From positions 26,910,001 to 26,974,000 of the forward strand of contig NW_024704742.1 of the NCBI RefSeq assembly GCF_018977255.1: 64,000 nucleotides of DNA, read 5' to 3'. Below, piece after piece: positions 24,445 to 37,400 of this stretch. The stretch comes from Callorhinchus milii. Its lineage: Eukaryota. Position numbers and translations under genes: made by a program. Within the stretch, counting starts at the first letter, position 1. Each line of letters opens with the position of its first letter. A model generated the notes under the pieces. It was not told the DNA's origin. It ran no database searches and saw only the letters and a list, made by a program, of their open reading frames with translations.

Positions 24445-24930
24445 GCATCCTGGTAAATCTCCTTTGCACCTTCTCCAATGCCTTGACATCCTTCCTAAAG
24501 TGTTGGGCCCAGAACTGAACACAGTGCTCCAGCTGAGGCCTAATCAGTATTTTATAAAGGTTCATCATAACTTCCTGATTTTTTCTATTCTATGCCCCTA
24601 TAAAGTCTAGTATCCCCTATGCTTTTTTAACAGATTTATCTACCTGTGCTGCCATCTTCAAAGATTTACTTATACGAACCCCCAGGTCTCTCTGTTCCTT
24701 CACCCCCTTTAAGATTGTACCATCAGCTTATATTGCCTCTCCTCATTCTTCCTCCCGAAATGCATCACTTCGCATTTCTTCACATTAAACTTCACCTGCC
24801 ACATGTCTGCCCATTTACCAGTCTGTCTATGTCCATTTGGAGTCTGCTACTATCCTCACTGTTTACCACTTTTCCTATCTTAAACCATCTGCAAACTTGG
24901 AAATTGTACTCTGTACCCAAGTCCAGGTCA

Positions 24931-25244
24931 TCCTGTAGCTCAGTGGTTAGAGCACTCACTTTGCAAGTGAGAGACCAGAGTTCAATTCCAGGCAGAGGGC
25001 GAAACCTTGGGCAAGTTTCCTTACTCCACACAGAGCCTAATAAAAATCCCTCCAAAAAAAAACATTAATAAATTGGTCATTTTCAATCCATGACTGTTTG
25101 TGGGACATTGCTGTGCGCAATTGGCTGCCGCGTTCGCCCACAAATATACAATCAATTCTCTTTACAGTGTGTTCTGTGAAGCGCTTTGGGACGTCCTCCC
25201 GACGTGAAAAGTGCTATATCAAATGCAAGGATTATTATTATTAT
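24931..25244 (+). mobile_element. Young tRNA-SINE nested in CR1
   Basis: Family match; tcat on both sides is a possible TSD. Confidence 0.9.
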
Positions 25245-27085
25245 CATTTATATAGATCAAAAACAGCAGTGGTCCCAATACTGACCCCTGGGGGACACCT
25301 CTGCACACCTCCCTCCAGTCAGAAAATCAACCATTCACCACCACTCTGCTTTCTGTCTCCCAGCCACTTCTGTATCTATGCTGCTACTGTCCCTTTAATA
25401 CCATAGGCTCCTATTTTGCTTACGAGTCTCTAATGTGACACTTTATCAAACGCCTTTTGAAAATCCATATAGACCACATCAACTGCACTACCTTCATCCA
25501 CCTTCTCCGTTACTTCATCAAAAAACTCTTATCAGGTTTGTTAGACATGATTTGTTTTTTAACAAATCCGTGTTGGCTGTCCTTTATTAACCCATATTTT
25601 TCTAAGTGAAAATTTATTTTGTCCCAGATTATAGTCTCTAGAAGTTTCCCCACTACTGACATTAGGCTGACTGGCCTGTAGTTTCTGGGTTTATACTGCC
25701 TCTTTTTTTAAATTTAAATACTCCCACGATTAAGCAAAGTTCAATCCTCAGCCCATGTTAAATGGTCTTAAAAGTATTGTTTCTTATGCATTGCTATTCC
25801 TCCTGCTGTTTATCTTTCATTTGATTCATTCCCAGTTTTTCTCTAGAAACACACCACTTACTGGTGTGCAAGTTTTTGCAAGGATTAATGGAGCTAGTGC
25901 ATCTTAGCTTCAGAGGACCATTTCTTAAATAAAGTTGCTCTGTTACCATGCTAAACAATATTGGTGGTTCAGAGAACAGACAGTACATTTTATCTAGAGT
26001 ACATGTTATCATTTTATTTCATCTTCACAACTTTTTTTTAAGAAAATCAGATCCGAAGATAAGTTTTTCTTTTGGGGCTAGTTGAGGACCTTACGGTAGA
26101 AAAACATCTTGCTTTTAGTGACTCACAAAATGTATTGTGACACAAAGTACATTATGGATCGTATCCAATTGGATTTTAGTCTTATGTACTTCGCAGTGGA
26201 GACTGTCCAGCGCCTTCGGACGTCCTTCCGACATGAAAAGCGCTATACAAATGTAATCTTGTTGTTGTTGTTGTTGCGCATGCAATGGTGGAGAACATGT
26301 AAAGCTGAGTCTTCAGGTTTGACAACAAAGGGAATAACAGGAAGGTGGCGACTTTCAAGTTAACTGCAGCTGTAAAGTATTCGACATCAGATTTAGAGTT
26401 ATGTCCTGTCTAACAATCCCCCAAATAAAATGATCATTCTTTTCATGGCTGTTTGTAGAACTTTGCTGTGTGCAATTGTGCTTCCTACAAATACAGTCAC
26501 TCCATTTCACAGTAATTCCTGTGAAGCGCTTTGAGACATGAAGCATGAAACATGCCTTTCCCGATGTGAAAAGGCACAATACCAAATGCAAGGATTATTA
26601 TTATTAGGTATGGTTTAATTGTTTTCTGCAAATAATTGTCTGCCTCGGGGTGATTATGAAATGTCGAACACTTCGCGCTTGGATTTTTGTTTTAAAAAAT
26701 CAACTAATATTCACATTAGGCACTGAAGGAGTTAATAAGCAGTTCCATTCAAATACTCTGTAGCCTTCAGTGACCAAAGATTATAACCTTGTCCTCTGGA
26801 CTTTTCTTACTGTAGTTGCAGTTGGAGCTACTCACTCTGAACCAACCTCAGGGAATCGCGGACACATTGTTCCACTCAAGCTTGAGGCTTTCGTGTGATC
26901 TTTTTCACGAAAAAAGAGCACATTGGCTGAGGCGTGTAAGTAATGCTAAAATTCTTGCCTTAATCACAACTTCAAGTTTTAATGAGTTGATGTCAAATGC
27001 GTTAGCAAACAATGCAGGAATGTTACCATACAAAAGAGGTCAATATTTGTGTAATTTGTTGATGTGTATTCATGTGGGGGGAAAG

Positions 27086-27287
27086 CAACAACAACAAGAT
27101 TACATTTGTACAGCAGAGCCTTTCACGTCGGGAGGACGTCCCAAGGCGCTGGACAATGTACAGCATTTCAGACCCAAGCTGGAGTCAGGGAGGGAGAAGG
27201 GAGGGGAGGGGAAGGGGGGGTGACCGATGGCATGGTCGAAGAGAAGGGTCTTGAGGCAGGACTTGAAGGAGGCTAAGGAGGGGGCGA
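27086..27287 (-). mobile_element. L2 3' end fragment
   Basis: Close match to 4176-4340. Confidence 0.85.
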
Positions 27288-28043
27288 ATGTTTACATTAA
27301 GCAGTGTGAATGTTTACAGTTATTCTGGTAAAAGGACTGGTTTCCCTAGTTGCTAACCAGGATTTTATTTCTGATTTAAAGGGTTTTGATAAATAAGAAA
27401 AGTGGGTAAGTAGCTGCAGCATTAGGTTACTTTGATTCCTCAAATATTTTTTTCAGTGGCTCAAACCCCCAGCTTTCCCCAGATGGGCCTCATACACGAG
27501 AGTTACAGAATGCCATGGTTACTGCTCTGAGAATGGGAGCATTTTCAAAGAAACCAGATCCATCCTTGTGCTGTGTATACCATTAGCGGTCGGGCTTTCA
27601 GCTTCTCTGCCCCCACCCTTTGGAACTCCATCCCCCAGTCCTTTTGTCTTACACCCTCGCTTGCCTCCGAAGTATGTCTCAAGACCCTCTTCTTTGAGTG
27701 AGGCACCTCTACAAAAGGGCCATTAGTTTCAATCGCCTTCGATGTTTGTACTCAGTAAAGTGAGGAATGTTAGTGATGGAAAATTGAATACTTTCAAATT
27801 TCAGGCATACATAGTAACTCTGGTTTGGCAAAGATAAAATGCCTACAGACTCAGTTTCTTTAAACATGATTCTCAAGATAACTCAAACCCGTAAAAATTC
27901 CCCCATCATCCTAATGATATTCTACTTACCAACCTGACTGCTCCCTTCACTCAGTGAACACTGGCTTGCATCGTATAGCTTCATGTCGGTGGGTAGCCTT
28001 TCAGACATTCTGACTTGCTCTCTGGGACACCCTCCCCTCTTAC

Positions 28044-28290
28044 AATAATAATAATAATAATAATCCTTGCATTTGATATAGCGCTTTTCACGTCGGGAGG
28101 ACGTCCCAAAGCGCTTCACAGAACACACTGTAAAGTGAATTGACTGTATATTTGTGGGCGAACGCGGCAGCCAATTGCGCACAGCAATGTCCCACAAACA
28201 GTCGTAGATTGAAAATGACCAATTTATTATTGTTTTTTTTTTTTGGAGGGATTATTATTAGGCGTGTGGAGTAAGGAAATTTGCCCAAGG
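28044..28290 (-). mobile_element. Young SINE, 5'-truncated (tRNA head missing)
   Basis: Family match ends at gcccaagg. Confidence 0.88.
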
Positions 28291-28742
28291 TATCTCTCAA
28301 AATGTACCTCTTTGACCGCACTTTCGGTCATCTTTTCCCTGACACCTGCGGAAACACCATGCTTCAGAGAGTCCACACCAAACAAATTAACAATTAATAT
28401 AATTGAAGGAATAATATGATTCAATTAAGAGCTCTTGACCGTTAGGTAGCAGAGAGTGAGCGAGAGAAATAACTAGTGAAGGGGCAGTTTTCTTTCATTC
28501 AGCACGCACTTCCTCTCCCAACCCCCTAAACCCATATTAGCAATTTACTTTTTTTCATATATTAAATCCACATTTCTGAAGTGTGCATCTTCCATAAAAT
28601 AAGATCAATTGAACAGTGTGCATGTCATTGGTCTTCTAGATATCTGTCAGTCTCTTTTTGGCTCTCTGTCAGGAATGTAGTTGTACTATTGTTAGATATC
28701 AAAAAGGTCACCCAGCATCCCAGCACCCAGAGTGCTAACATC

Positions 28743-29726
28743 TGTTAAGCCAAGTATATTCAAACAAAAATACCATTGAAGCGCGCTTATTTCAGCAGTT
28801 AACCGTCTAGACCGAGTGCTATGAGTCCGGAACAGGGTTCTTTCTTAGTTGTTTCAGTTATTCAGGCTTTCGATCTTCCATCACCGTCTGTTGGCACCGT
28901 TCCGGACTGCTTTCCACTTCTCTTTTTCGGCTACTTATAGTTAGTCGCCTGACTTGCCATTACATCCCGTATTTACATATCCAGTCACTTTGTATTTTAC
29001 CTAGCCTTATTCGGCGGTTTGTCGACCAACCACCTTGTCCTTCCTAGGGCCCCTCTACCCACGTCTGATACAGTCACGTACTCAGGTCAATCAATCATTT
29101 GGCTTGGTGCCAGCCTGACTGAGTCTCCACGAGGTCTTCCCTTTTTCCTGTCTAAGATAGGAGATTGATCAGTTTAGGGCTGTATCTGGTGCTTGTTATT
29201 TTATTATGCGGAATCATTAATACATTCCTTTTAAGTGACTGGTTATTTCTTATCAGTATCCCGGGATGGTACCAAGGTCCTCTAGTTTAAGCAACTTGCT
29301 CATTAGTTGCTATTTTTGAGGGTTGCCTTCTGTCGCTTGGCAGGCCCTGTCAGAATCTAGCGACTTACTGCTCAGTCGAGATCCTGTGTCGACTGGTACC
29401 TTGGACCGTTACCTCTGTGGGCTTGTTGTTATTTACTGATAAGAGGTGACCCTCTGCCTTTTTCCAAAGCTGTCTTGTTATTCTTTCAAAAACAGAGAAA
29501 AACAGATGTGTCCTATCCCATGACTGTCAGTACTTTCCCCATTCTACATTTGTTTAATGTTTCATTATTATTAGACGACAACTTCTATAATCTAACTGTC
29601 CCCACCTTGAGACCAAAATAATGATAATAATGAGGTCTCACAAATACACCAAGATCAATAAAGCAAAAAAAATAAACAACATAACGACACAATCATTATT
29701 AGACTACAACTTCTATAATCTTAACA
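28743..29726. mobile_element. Candidate solo LTR (984 bp)
   Basis: TGTTAAG...CTTAACA 7-bp inverted termini, AATAAA near the right end, more CpG than the flanks; TSD imperfect (acatc / ctatc). Confidence 0.35.
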
Positions 29727-29904
29727 CTATCAATAAAATGTCTAAGCAGACGCTCAGTTAGCACAATTGGCTGCTGCGTTTTCGCCCACAAATATACAGT
29801 CAATTCATTTTACAGTCTATTCTGTGAAGCGCTTTGAGATGTCTAGAAGATGTGAAAAGCACTATATCAAATGCAAGGAATATTATATTATTATGAGATG
29901 AAGA

Positions 29905-32287
29905 CGGCCTCCGATCACCACTTCATCTCCTTCACCACCTCCACCCCACTCCTCACCTCCACCAGACCCACCACCATCTTCTACCGCCCAGGAAGAAGTT
30001 ACCCCCACAATCCGTAACCGCTGCCTTAGAGTCCTCTCCCTCTGGCCTTCAACCTCACTGACCCCTCTTCTTCTCTCACCCTCCTCCACAAGACCCTCTC
30101 CCCCACACTCGACACTCTTGCCCCCATCACCTCCCGTACTGTCTCCAACTCTTGCTCCTCCCCCTGGTTCACCACCCACCTCCGCTCACTGAAAAGCCAG
30201 GTGTGGGCCGCTGAACGCACCTGCCTCAAATCTGGCCTAACGGTCCACCGACAAATCTGGCTGGACCTCCTCAAAATCTACCGCTCCACTCTAGCCTCGG
30301 CCAAGTCGTCCTTCTACTCCAGGATAATCCTGGAGGCGAAGAACAACCCCAGGCTTCTGTTCTCTACCACATCCCGACTCCTCCGTCCCCCCCGCCACCC
30401 CGCGCAGGTCATCTCCTCCAACCTTCACTGCGAGGAGATGCTGGATTTCCTTGAATCCAAAATCAAGGGAATCCGCTCCGCGGTCACTTCCCCTCCAACC
30501 TCCACCCACCCCCTCCCTCCCACACTCCGACTCCTACCCATCCTCCCCTGCACACCTTCGAACCCGTTTCCCCACCCTCTGTCACCAAACTCATCCTATC
30601 CCTGAAACCCACCACCTGCTCCCTTGACCCCATCCCCACTCCACTCCTTATCTCCCAGCTCCACTTTCTTGCCCCACATATCACCGACATCATCAACCTG
30701 TCCCTCTCCTCTGGCTCTGTCCCCATTCCCTTAAAAACTGCCACCATCACTCCCACTCTGAAAAAACCCTCCCTTGATGTGTCGCAGCTATCAAGCTACC
30801 GGCCCATTTCTTACCTCCCCTTCCTGTCCAAGGTCCTTGAAAACGTTGTCGCCTCCCAACTGCGCTCTTTCCTCTCCAACCATTCACTATTCGAACCGCT
30901 TCAGTCGGGTTTCCGTGCTGCCCATAGCACAGAAACTGCCCTGGTCAAGGTCACCAATGACCATCTGCGACCTTCTTGACCATCTGCGACCAGGGCTCCC
31001 TCTGCCTCCTCGTCTTCCTCGACCTATCGGCCGCATTCGATACGGTCGACTACGCTATCCTCCTCCACCGCTTGTCCTCCCACCTCAACCTTCAAGGCCC
31101 TGTCCTTGAGTGGTTTAGGTCGTACCTCTCCCACCGTCTTCATTTTGTTTCCACAAACGGCTTTTCCTCCACCCCCCGCACTGTCTCGTGCGGTGTCCCT
31201 CAGGGCTCTGTCCTCGGTCCCCTCCTCTTCACCCTCTATATGCTCCCCCTTGGTGACATCATCCGCAGACATGGGTTAACTTCCACATGTATGCGGATGA
31301 CACCCAACTCTACCTTTCCTCCTCTACCTTCAACTCCATCACCACCGATGTCCTGACAGCTGCCTGTCCGACATCGAGTCCTGGACGAGAGACAACTTTC
31401 TCCAGCTCAAAGTGCGCAAAACTGAGGCCCTCCTGGTTGGCTCACGTCAGCGCCTCCGCACCTCAGGCGCTGACAGCATCAGCATCCAAGGCTGCACTCT
31501 CCACCTCTCAAAGCCAGTCAGGAACCTCGGTGTTCTGTTCGACCCTGAGCTGTCCTTTCTTCCCCACATCCGCGCCACAACTGGCACCGCCTTCCATCAC
31601 CTGCGAAACATCGCCAGACTACGGCACTACCTCACCCCTCACGCTGCTGAAACTCTGGTCCACGCCTTTGTCACCTCAAGGCTGGACTATGGGAACTCTC
31701 TCCTCGCCGGCCTTCCCGCCACCTCCCTCCACAAGCTGCAGGTCATTCAGAACTCTGCAGCTCGTGTACTGTCCCGCACCAGGCTTCGGGACCACATCAC
31801 TCCCACCCTCGCTCGCCTCCACTGGCTCCCCATCCCCCAGAGGGTCAAATTCAAGATCCTCATCCTCAACTACAAGGCCATTCACGGCCTTGCTCCCTCC
31901 TACCTCTCCGACCTACTATGCCCCTACTTACCTGCCCGTACCCTCCGTTCCTCTGGCTCCGGTCTGCTCACCATCCCCCGCCCCAACCGCCCTACCATCG
32001 GTGGCCGGGCCTTCAGCCTCTCAGCCCCGAGGCTCTGGAACTCTATCCCCCAGTGCCTTCGCCGCCTCCTCCCTTTCCTCCTTCAAGGCCGGTCTCAAGA
32101 CCTTTCTCTTTGACCGTGCCTTCAGCTCCCCTCTCGACTCTCTACCCCTCCTCGCTCCCTCCCTTCCCTCCCCTCACCCTGACCATTTCCCCCCTGCTCG
32201 GGTCCTGACCCAACTGTCCAGCGCCTTGGGACGTCCTCCCGACGTGAAAGGCGCTCTATAAATGGAATCTTCTTGTTGTTGTTATTA
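29905..32287 (+). mobile_element. L2 LINE, 5'-truncated, relatively young, frameshifted ORF2 (end of APE domain, RT, tail)
   Basis: [71 protein letters not shown]; tail gcgccttgggacgtcctcccgacgtgaaaggcgct + (TTG)n. Confidence 0.95.
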
Positions 32288-32920
32288 TAAATATTTAGCT
32301 AAAGAACCCAGTGGTAAATTAGTAAGTGGATCTCAGTGTACAATGCTTTAGCAGTTTGAAAATAAACACAGGAAGACTGTTTGCAATACAATACAATTTA
32401 CATTTATATAGCGATCTGCAGGCTCATCAATGCTGTGAGAAAGGATAAAGTTACAGACCTAAACTTTAATCACAGGCTTTCCTGAAGCAGCATAGGCTCA
32501 CATACATGGGCTGTGTTGGCCTTCTCTGGAGGAATTCTCTCATGCGGCCGATATCAAAATTGTTAAAATCTATGTCTTAAGTATTATTAAATTCTGTTCC
32601 TCTATTATTCTTGTGATGGTATTGGACTGTTAAGTGCTCCGGGAAGCTGCCCCGTGTGACAGGCGTTATTTGAATGCAAGTTGTTATTGTTGTTATTGAA
32701 TTAACCCCTTAATCAGTCTGAACAATTAATGCAAAGAGCACAACATCTGAGCCCATGACATCAGTGGAACTTACCAGGATAGCTATATCAGCTTGACAAT
32801 AACATTGAAATGGGTGCATTCAGGACTATGATTCTTTATTGTTAATGGAGGGATTAGTTATGGTCAAAAGTCTAAGCAGTTTTTTACTTTAAATAACTGA
32901 GGCTGTGTGTTTACTTTATT

Positions 32921-33268
32921 AATAATAATAATAATTGCATTTGATATAGCACCTTATCACATTGTTGGGATGTCTCAAAGCACTTCACAATATATTGTAA
33001 AGTGAATTGACTGTATATTTTGTGGGTGAAATGCAGCAGCCAATTGCACACAGCAGTGTCCCACAAAGCAGTTGTGGATTGAGTGACCAAATTTATTTTT
33101 AAGGGATTATTATGGCCGGATCGTGATCCGCCAACTGACTAACAACCTATTTACTGCAAGGTATACAGAGGCATTTGGAGTAAGGAAACTTACGTAAGGT
33201 TTCGCTCTGCACTGGATTTGAACTCTCGCTTGCAGGGTGAGTGCTCTAACCAATACACTGAAGAGCTC
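32921..33268 (-). mobile_element. Older long-form tRNA-SINE
   Basis: Contains the extra internal segment (gatccgccaactgactaacaacc...tactgc). Confidence 0.8.
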
Positions 33269-34272
33269 GGGCATGGTTTGAGTTAGTGAATAACTTTGAT
33301 GCTTGTGAAACCAGAGGCAACTTTGAGGTCAAATGAAAAGGGCGAGCTTTGTTTTTTATACACTCGCTTATCCAGTCAAAACTCTACTCCCAGGTTTTTG
33401 GGATGGGTTTTAGGAAAGGAATGTTAGAGAATTGAAAAAGGAGAAATTTGACGATCCAAGCTTAATGTGTGACTGCGCACTCTGCAGTGTTTTCAAGTTT
33501 CCTCTGTACTTTAATGGACTAAAGGGAGCAATCAAAGAGAGTGGTAACAAATAAGCAAAAGCAACAACAACTTGCATTCGTATAGTGCCCTTCACGCAGG
33601 GTAGCATCCTGAAGTGCTTCATGTGTACTGTCGTTAGTTTCTTATCTATTTGAGTACAATAGTAATTAGGTAATTCCTCCCAATCCTCTCCCTCACCCAG
33701 AAATGCCACCTCTTGTACTGTTGTCAAGAGAATGAGAAGCAAGGTTGCCACAAATGAAAATACGTTTGTGGTCCAAAGGCAACCAAATACAAGCCCAATA
33801 TTATGCGTCGCCTATTAGGATTATTGTAGGAGTAGCAGAGTGGCCAATTTAGATTAATGCGTTTGAAACTGTTTGAGAAAATCGTCTACAAAGGTGACCA
33901 AAAAAAGGTTGGCAAGTTTAAATGAATAAATTTAAAGGGTAGACACTCATCGAAAGCTGTTTCTTCACGCACAGTGCAACAAGAACTCGCTCAATCTGGC
34001 CACATCAGTGAAAAGCTGTACTATGTCCTACATCCTGTATCACACCTCACACTCCGTATCACACCTCACACTCTGTACTACGTTACCACATCATAGGATT
34101 GGGTTCAGGTGAATAACCTTTAAGGCTAGTACACTACACAAGGGGACTTGGGGCCCTGGAAGGACCATGCTGGACTGCTATTGGGTTAAATTCAACAAAT
34201 TAGTAGCCAGGGAGAGTCGTGTGGAATACTTCTAACAGCTGTCTGATTTCAGGTCTATCTCTGGTCCCCACC

Positions 34273-34428
34273 ATGTTTTGGTACCTGATAGTAATCCTCA
34301 TCATCGCACCAATAATCACATTGATGTTGGAGAAGAAACCAAAGAAAAAGTGTGACATCTACACTCAACCTGGGCCATTCTACTACCTGAAATTCATCAC
34401 AATTTACCTGATATTGCGATTAAGACGG
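34273..34428 (+). CDS. Novel gene coding exon 1 (MFWYLIVILIIAPIITLMLEKKPKKKCDIYTQPGPFYYLKFITIYLILRLRR)
   Basis: cccaccATG; hydrophobic N-terminus; CGG|gtacgt donor. An upstream acceptor (tgatttcag, 34252) hints at a 5' UTR exon. Confidence 0.78.
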
Positions 34429-37400
34429 GTACGTAAATCTTATTTAATGAAAACGATTGGGCTGCTCAGTGGCGTGGTGTGGACAGGTTGCCCCTGAGCC
34501 AGCGAGTGTAGATTTTGAGGTTCAGCGCTACCTGCCACTGAGACACCAGGCCATATGAGCAATGGGTTTCTGGCAAACACGTGGTCACTTGATTTCAGTA
34601 GAGAAGATTAGACAGCGGCATATTGGTCATGAAGTTTAATAACTGCTGTCTGAATCTCGAGCAAGCTATTCAAACTCATTATGTTAGTATCGCTATAGGA
34701 TGAAAATGGATTTAATGTTTTTAGAGCACGAGCAACATTTGGTTAAACTGATTCTGTAATTGTAGTCTAAAGCCGCTGAATGTGTCGTGCCAGGGTCAGA
34801 ATTTAAAAATTATAATGTAAGGAACGTCCCAGCGATTTGGGATGTCCTCCCGACTTGAAAGGCCTATACAAATCTAATTTATTATGGTTGTTGTTGTTTA
34901 TGTGGGCACAACCTTTCATTCCTCCTCCTTCGTCTTTTTGCTGCCAGTGGAGGGGCCAGCAGGAGAATGTGGCACAGGGTGTAACAGCCGGCTATGGGCA
35001 GCAATCCCGCAACACCCCAGCACAAATGGACTGCATTCAGCCTCTGTCCAGCCATCCAAAGGTCTGAGCTATTGCATTTTGTTCCCTGCTGATACTATCT
35101 TTGTCTGCTGTCGTTTGTCATTTTAAGCCATGGTGGGCTGAATGGCCTCTTTGATGTAGGATGTGATGTTGGATTGTATGATATGTGCTCCAAGACACTG
35201 CCCTTCGTGTAGAGCGCTTTATGATTGCAAGTTGTTCTTTCTGCTGCTCTCGCGTCATTAGTCACGGACAGTGCATGCAGAAGTTTGATCATCTTTTAAC
35301 AAAAACAGAAGTCGCTGGGAACACTCAGCAGGTCAGGCAGCACCTATGGAGAAAGGAAAGTGAGTCACCGTTTCGGGTCCACGACCCTTCGTCAGAAATG
35401 GGGCATGTTGGGAGGGAGAAACGTTTAAGGGTTAACAGAGAGGGGAGAGGCAGAACAAGGAAGACAAGGGAGAAAATGGAGTAGAGGACAGGGGATGATG
35501 AGTTAAAGAGGTGTTAATGATGCAAAACAAGAGGGATGGGGGAAAGAATTGCAACAAAATAGGCAGACCAGAAAAAGAAAAGGTGTGTCTGAGACCAAGA
35601 TGATGTGGTAATGGTCACGGGAGAAGGAGAGGGGGAAGGTGAGGTGTTGTGGTCTGAAATTGTTGAAATCAATATTGAGGCCAGAGGGCTGTAAGGTCTG
35701 TTGCAATCCCCCCTTTGTTTTGCATCATTAACACCTTTTTTAACCCATCATCCCCTGCCCTCTACCCCATTTTCTCCTGCCTTCCTTGCTCTGCCTCCCC
35801 CCTTCTCTGTTAGCCCTTAAAAGCCTCTCCCTCCCAACCTGCCCCAGTTCTGACGAAGGGTCGTGGACCCGAAGCTTTGACTCACTTTCCTTTCTCCATG
35901 GATACTGCCTGACCTGTTGAGTGTTCCCAGCGACTTCTGTTTTTGTTTTCAGATTTCCAGCATCTGCAGTATTTTGTGTTTTGTTTGATTATCTTTTGTT
36001 AGTTTGCATATTACTACTTGCTTGTGCACAAATTGACTTCTGTGTCTACAATCCTACAGTCACTACATTTAACAGTAATTACTGTAATCCACTTTGGCAG
36101 GAGATCTTCCGGTCTCCTGCCATTCAACTCACACACCCATTCACAGTCTGACCTCTCCATCCATGGTCTCCTACACTGTTCCAATGATCCACAGCGAAAG
36201 CTTCAGGTACATCTTATCTATCTGCTCGGGACCCTACAGCCCTCTGGCCTCAATATCGATTTCAGCCACTTCAGACCATAACAGCTCACCTTCCTGGGGC
36301 TATGTCTCGGAGCGCTGCACAGGGATGGGGTTGGACCCCGAGGTAGAGGGGGAGGTGGCCACTGGTGCATTTGATGAGGTAGGATTTGAGGCACCACCTA
36401 AAACTAGAGCTAAAGTCCTGTAGCTCAGTGGTTAGAGCACTCGCTTTGCAAGTGAGAGACCTGAGTTCAATTCCAGGCAGAGGGCGATACCTTGGGCAAG
36501 TTTCCTTACTCCACACAGAGCCTAATAATAATCCCTCCAAAACCAAAAACAATAATAAATTGGTCATTTTCACTCTACGACTGTTTGTGGGACATTGCTG
36601 TGCGCAATTGGCTGCCGCGTTCGCCCACAATTATACAGTCAATACACTTTACAGTGTTTTCTGTGAAGCGCTTTGGGACGTCCTCCCGACTTGAAAAGCG
36701 CTATATCAAATGCAAGGATTATTATTATTATTAGGATTATGAAAAGAGCTAACAGAAGAGTTTTCTTGTTATCATTACAATCATCACCCCAGTCACCAGT
36801 CAATCTTTGCCTCTCTCTAGTGTGTTGCCTGTTGTGCACCATTAAAGCCCCTTCTTCCCAGTTTTGTTTCAACACCTCCCACTTTTGCTGTACAACCCCC
36901 CCCCTTTTGTTTTACACCACTATAATCTCTTTAGCCCATCAACTAATACATTCTCTTCTTTGTCTTCCTTTGTGTCTTCTTTGTCGTCCTTGTCCTGACT
37001 CCCCCACTCAACTTGTCCTTAAAAACCTCTCCCTCTCAACATACCCCAGTTCTAATGAAGAGTCGTGGACCCGAAGCTTTGGCTCACTTTCCTTTCTCCA
37101 TAGATGCTGCCTGACCTGCTGAGTTTTCCCAGCTCTCTGTTTTTGTTTCAGATTCCAGCATCTGCAGTATTTTGTGTTTTGTTCAGAGAATAAGTTACAT
37201 CACCACATTTGGTAACAGAGCCTTCAGATCCCCCACCTCTAATCTGTACCTCCGCCCCTTCATCTCGCCCCCTCTATTTCTAGTTTTAGGTGGTGCCTCA
37301 AATCCTACCTCATCGAATGCACCTGTGGCCACCTCCCCCTCTCCCTCGGGGTCCAACCCCATCCCTGTGCAACGCTCTGAGACATAGCCCCAGGTGAAGG

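Larger units (their letters stand above)
23691..25705 (-). mobile_element. CR1 LINE (RT region and tail) carrying two nested SINEs
   Basis: LYKILIRPQLEHCVQFW, ALEKVQRRFTRM, LGLFSLEQRRLRGDL, FTQRVVQFWNAL. Confidence 0.92.
35298..35986. mobile_element. Penelope-like element 3' ends in inverted arrangement
   Basis: Minus strand encodes LQPSGLNIDFNNFR (GIY-YIG C-terminus); arms 35298-35537 and 35706-35947 are reverse complements. Confidence 0.85.

Noticed and set aside
31287..32261. 324-aa ORF, and the 289-aa ORF at 4487-5356, as host genes
   Set aside because: Frameshifted L2 ORF2 pieces that run out of frame for much of their length.
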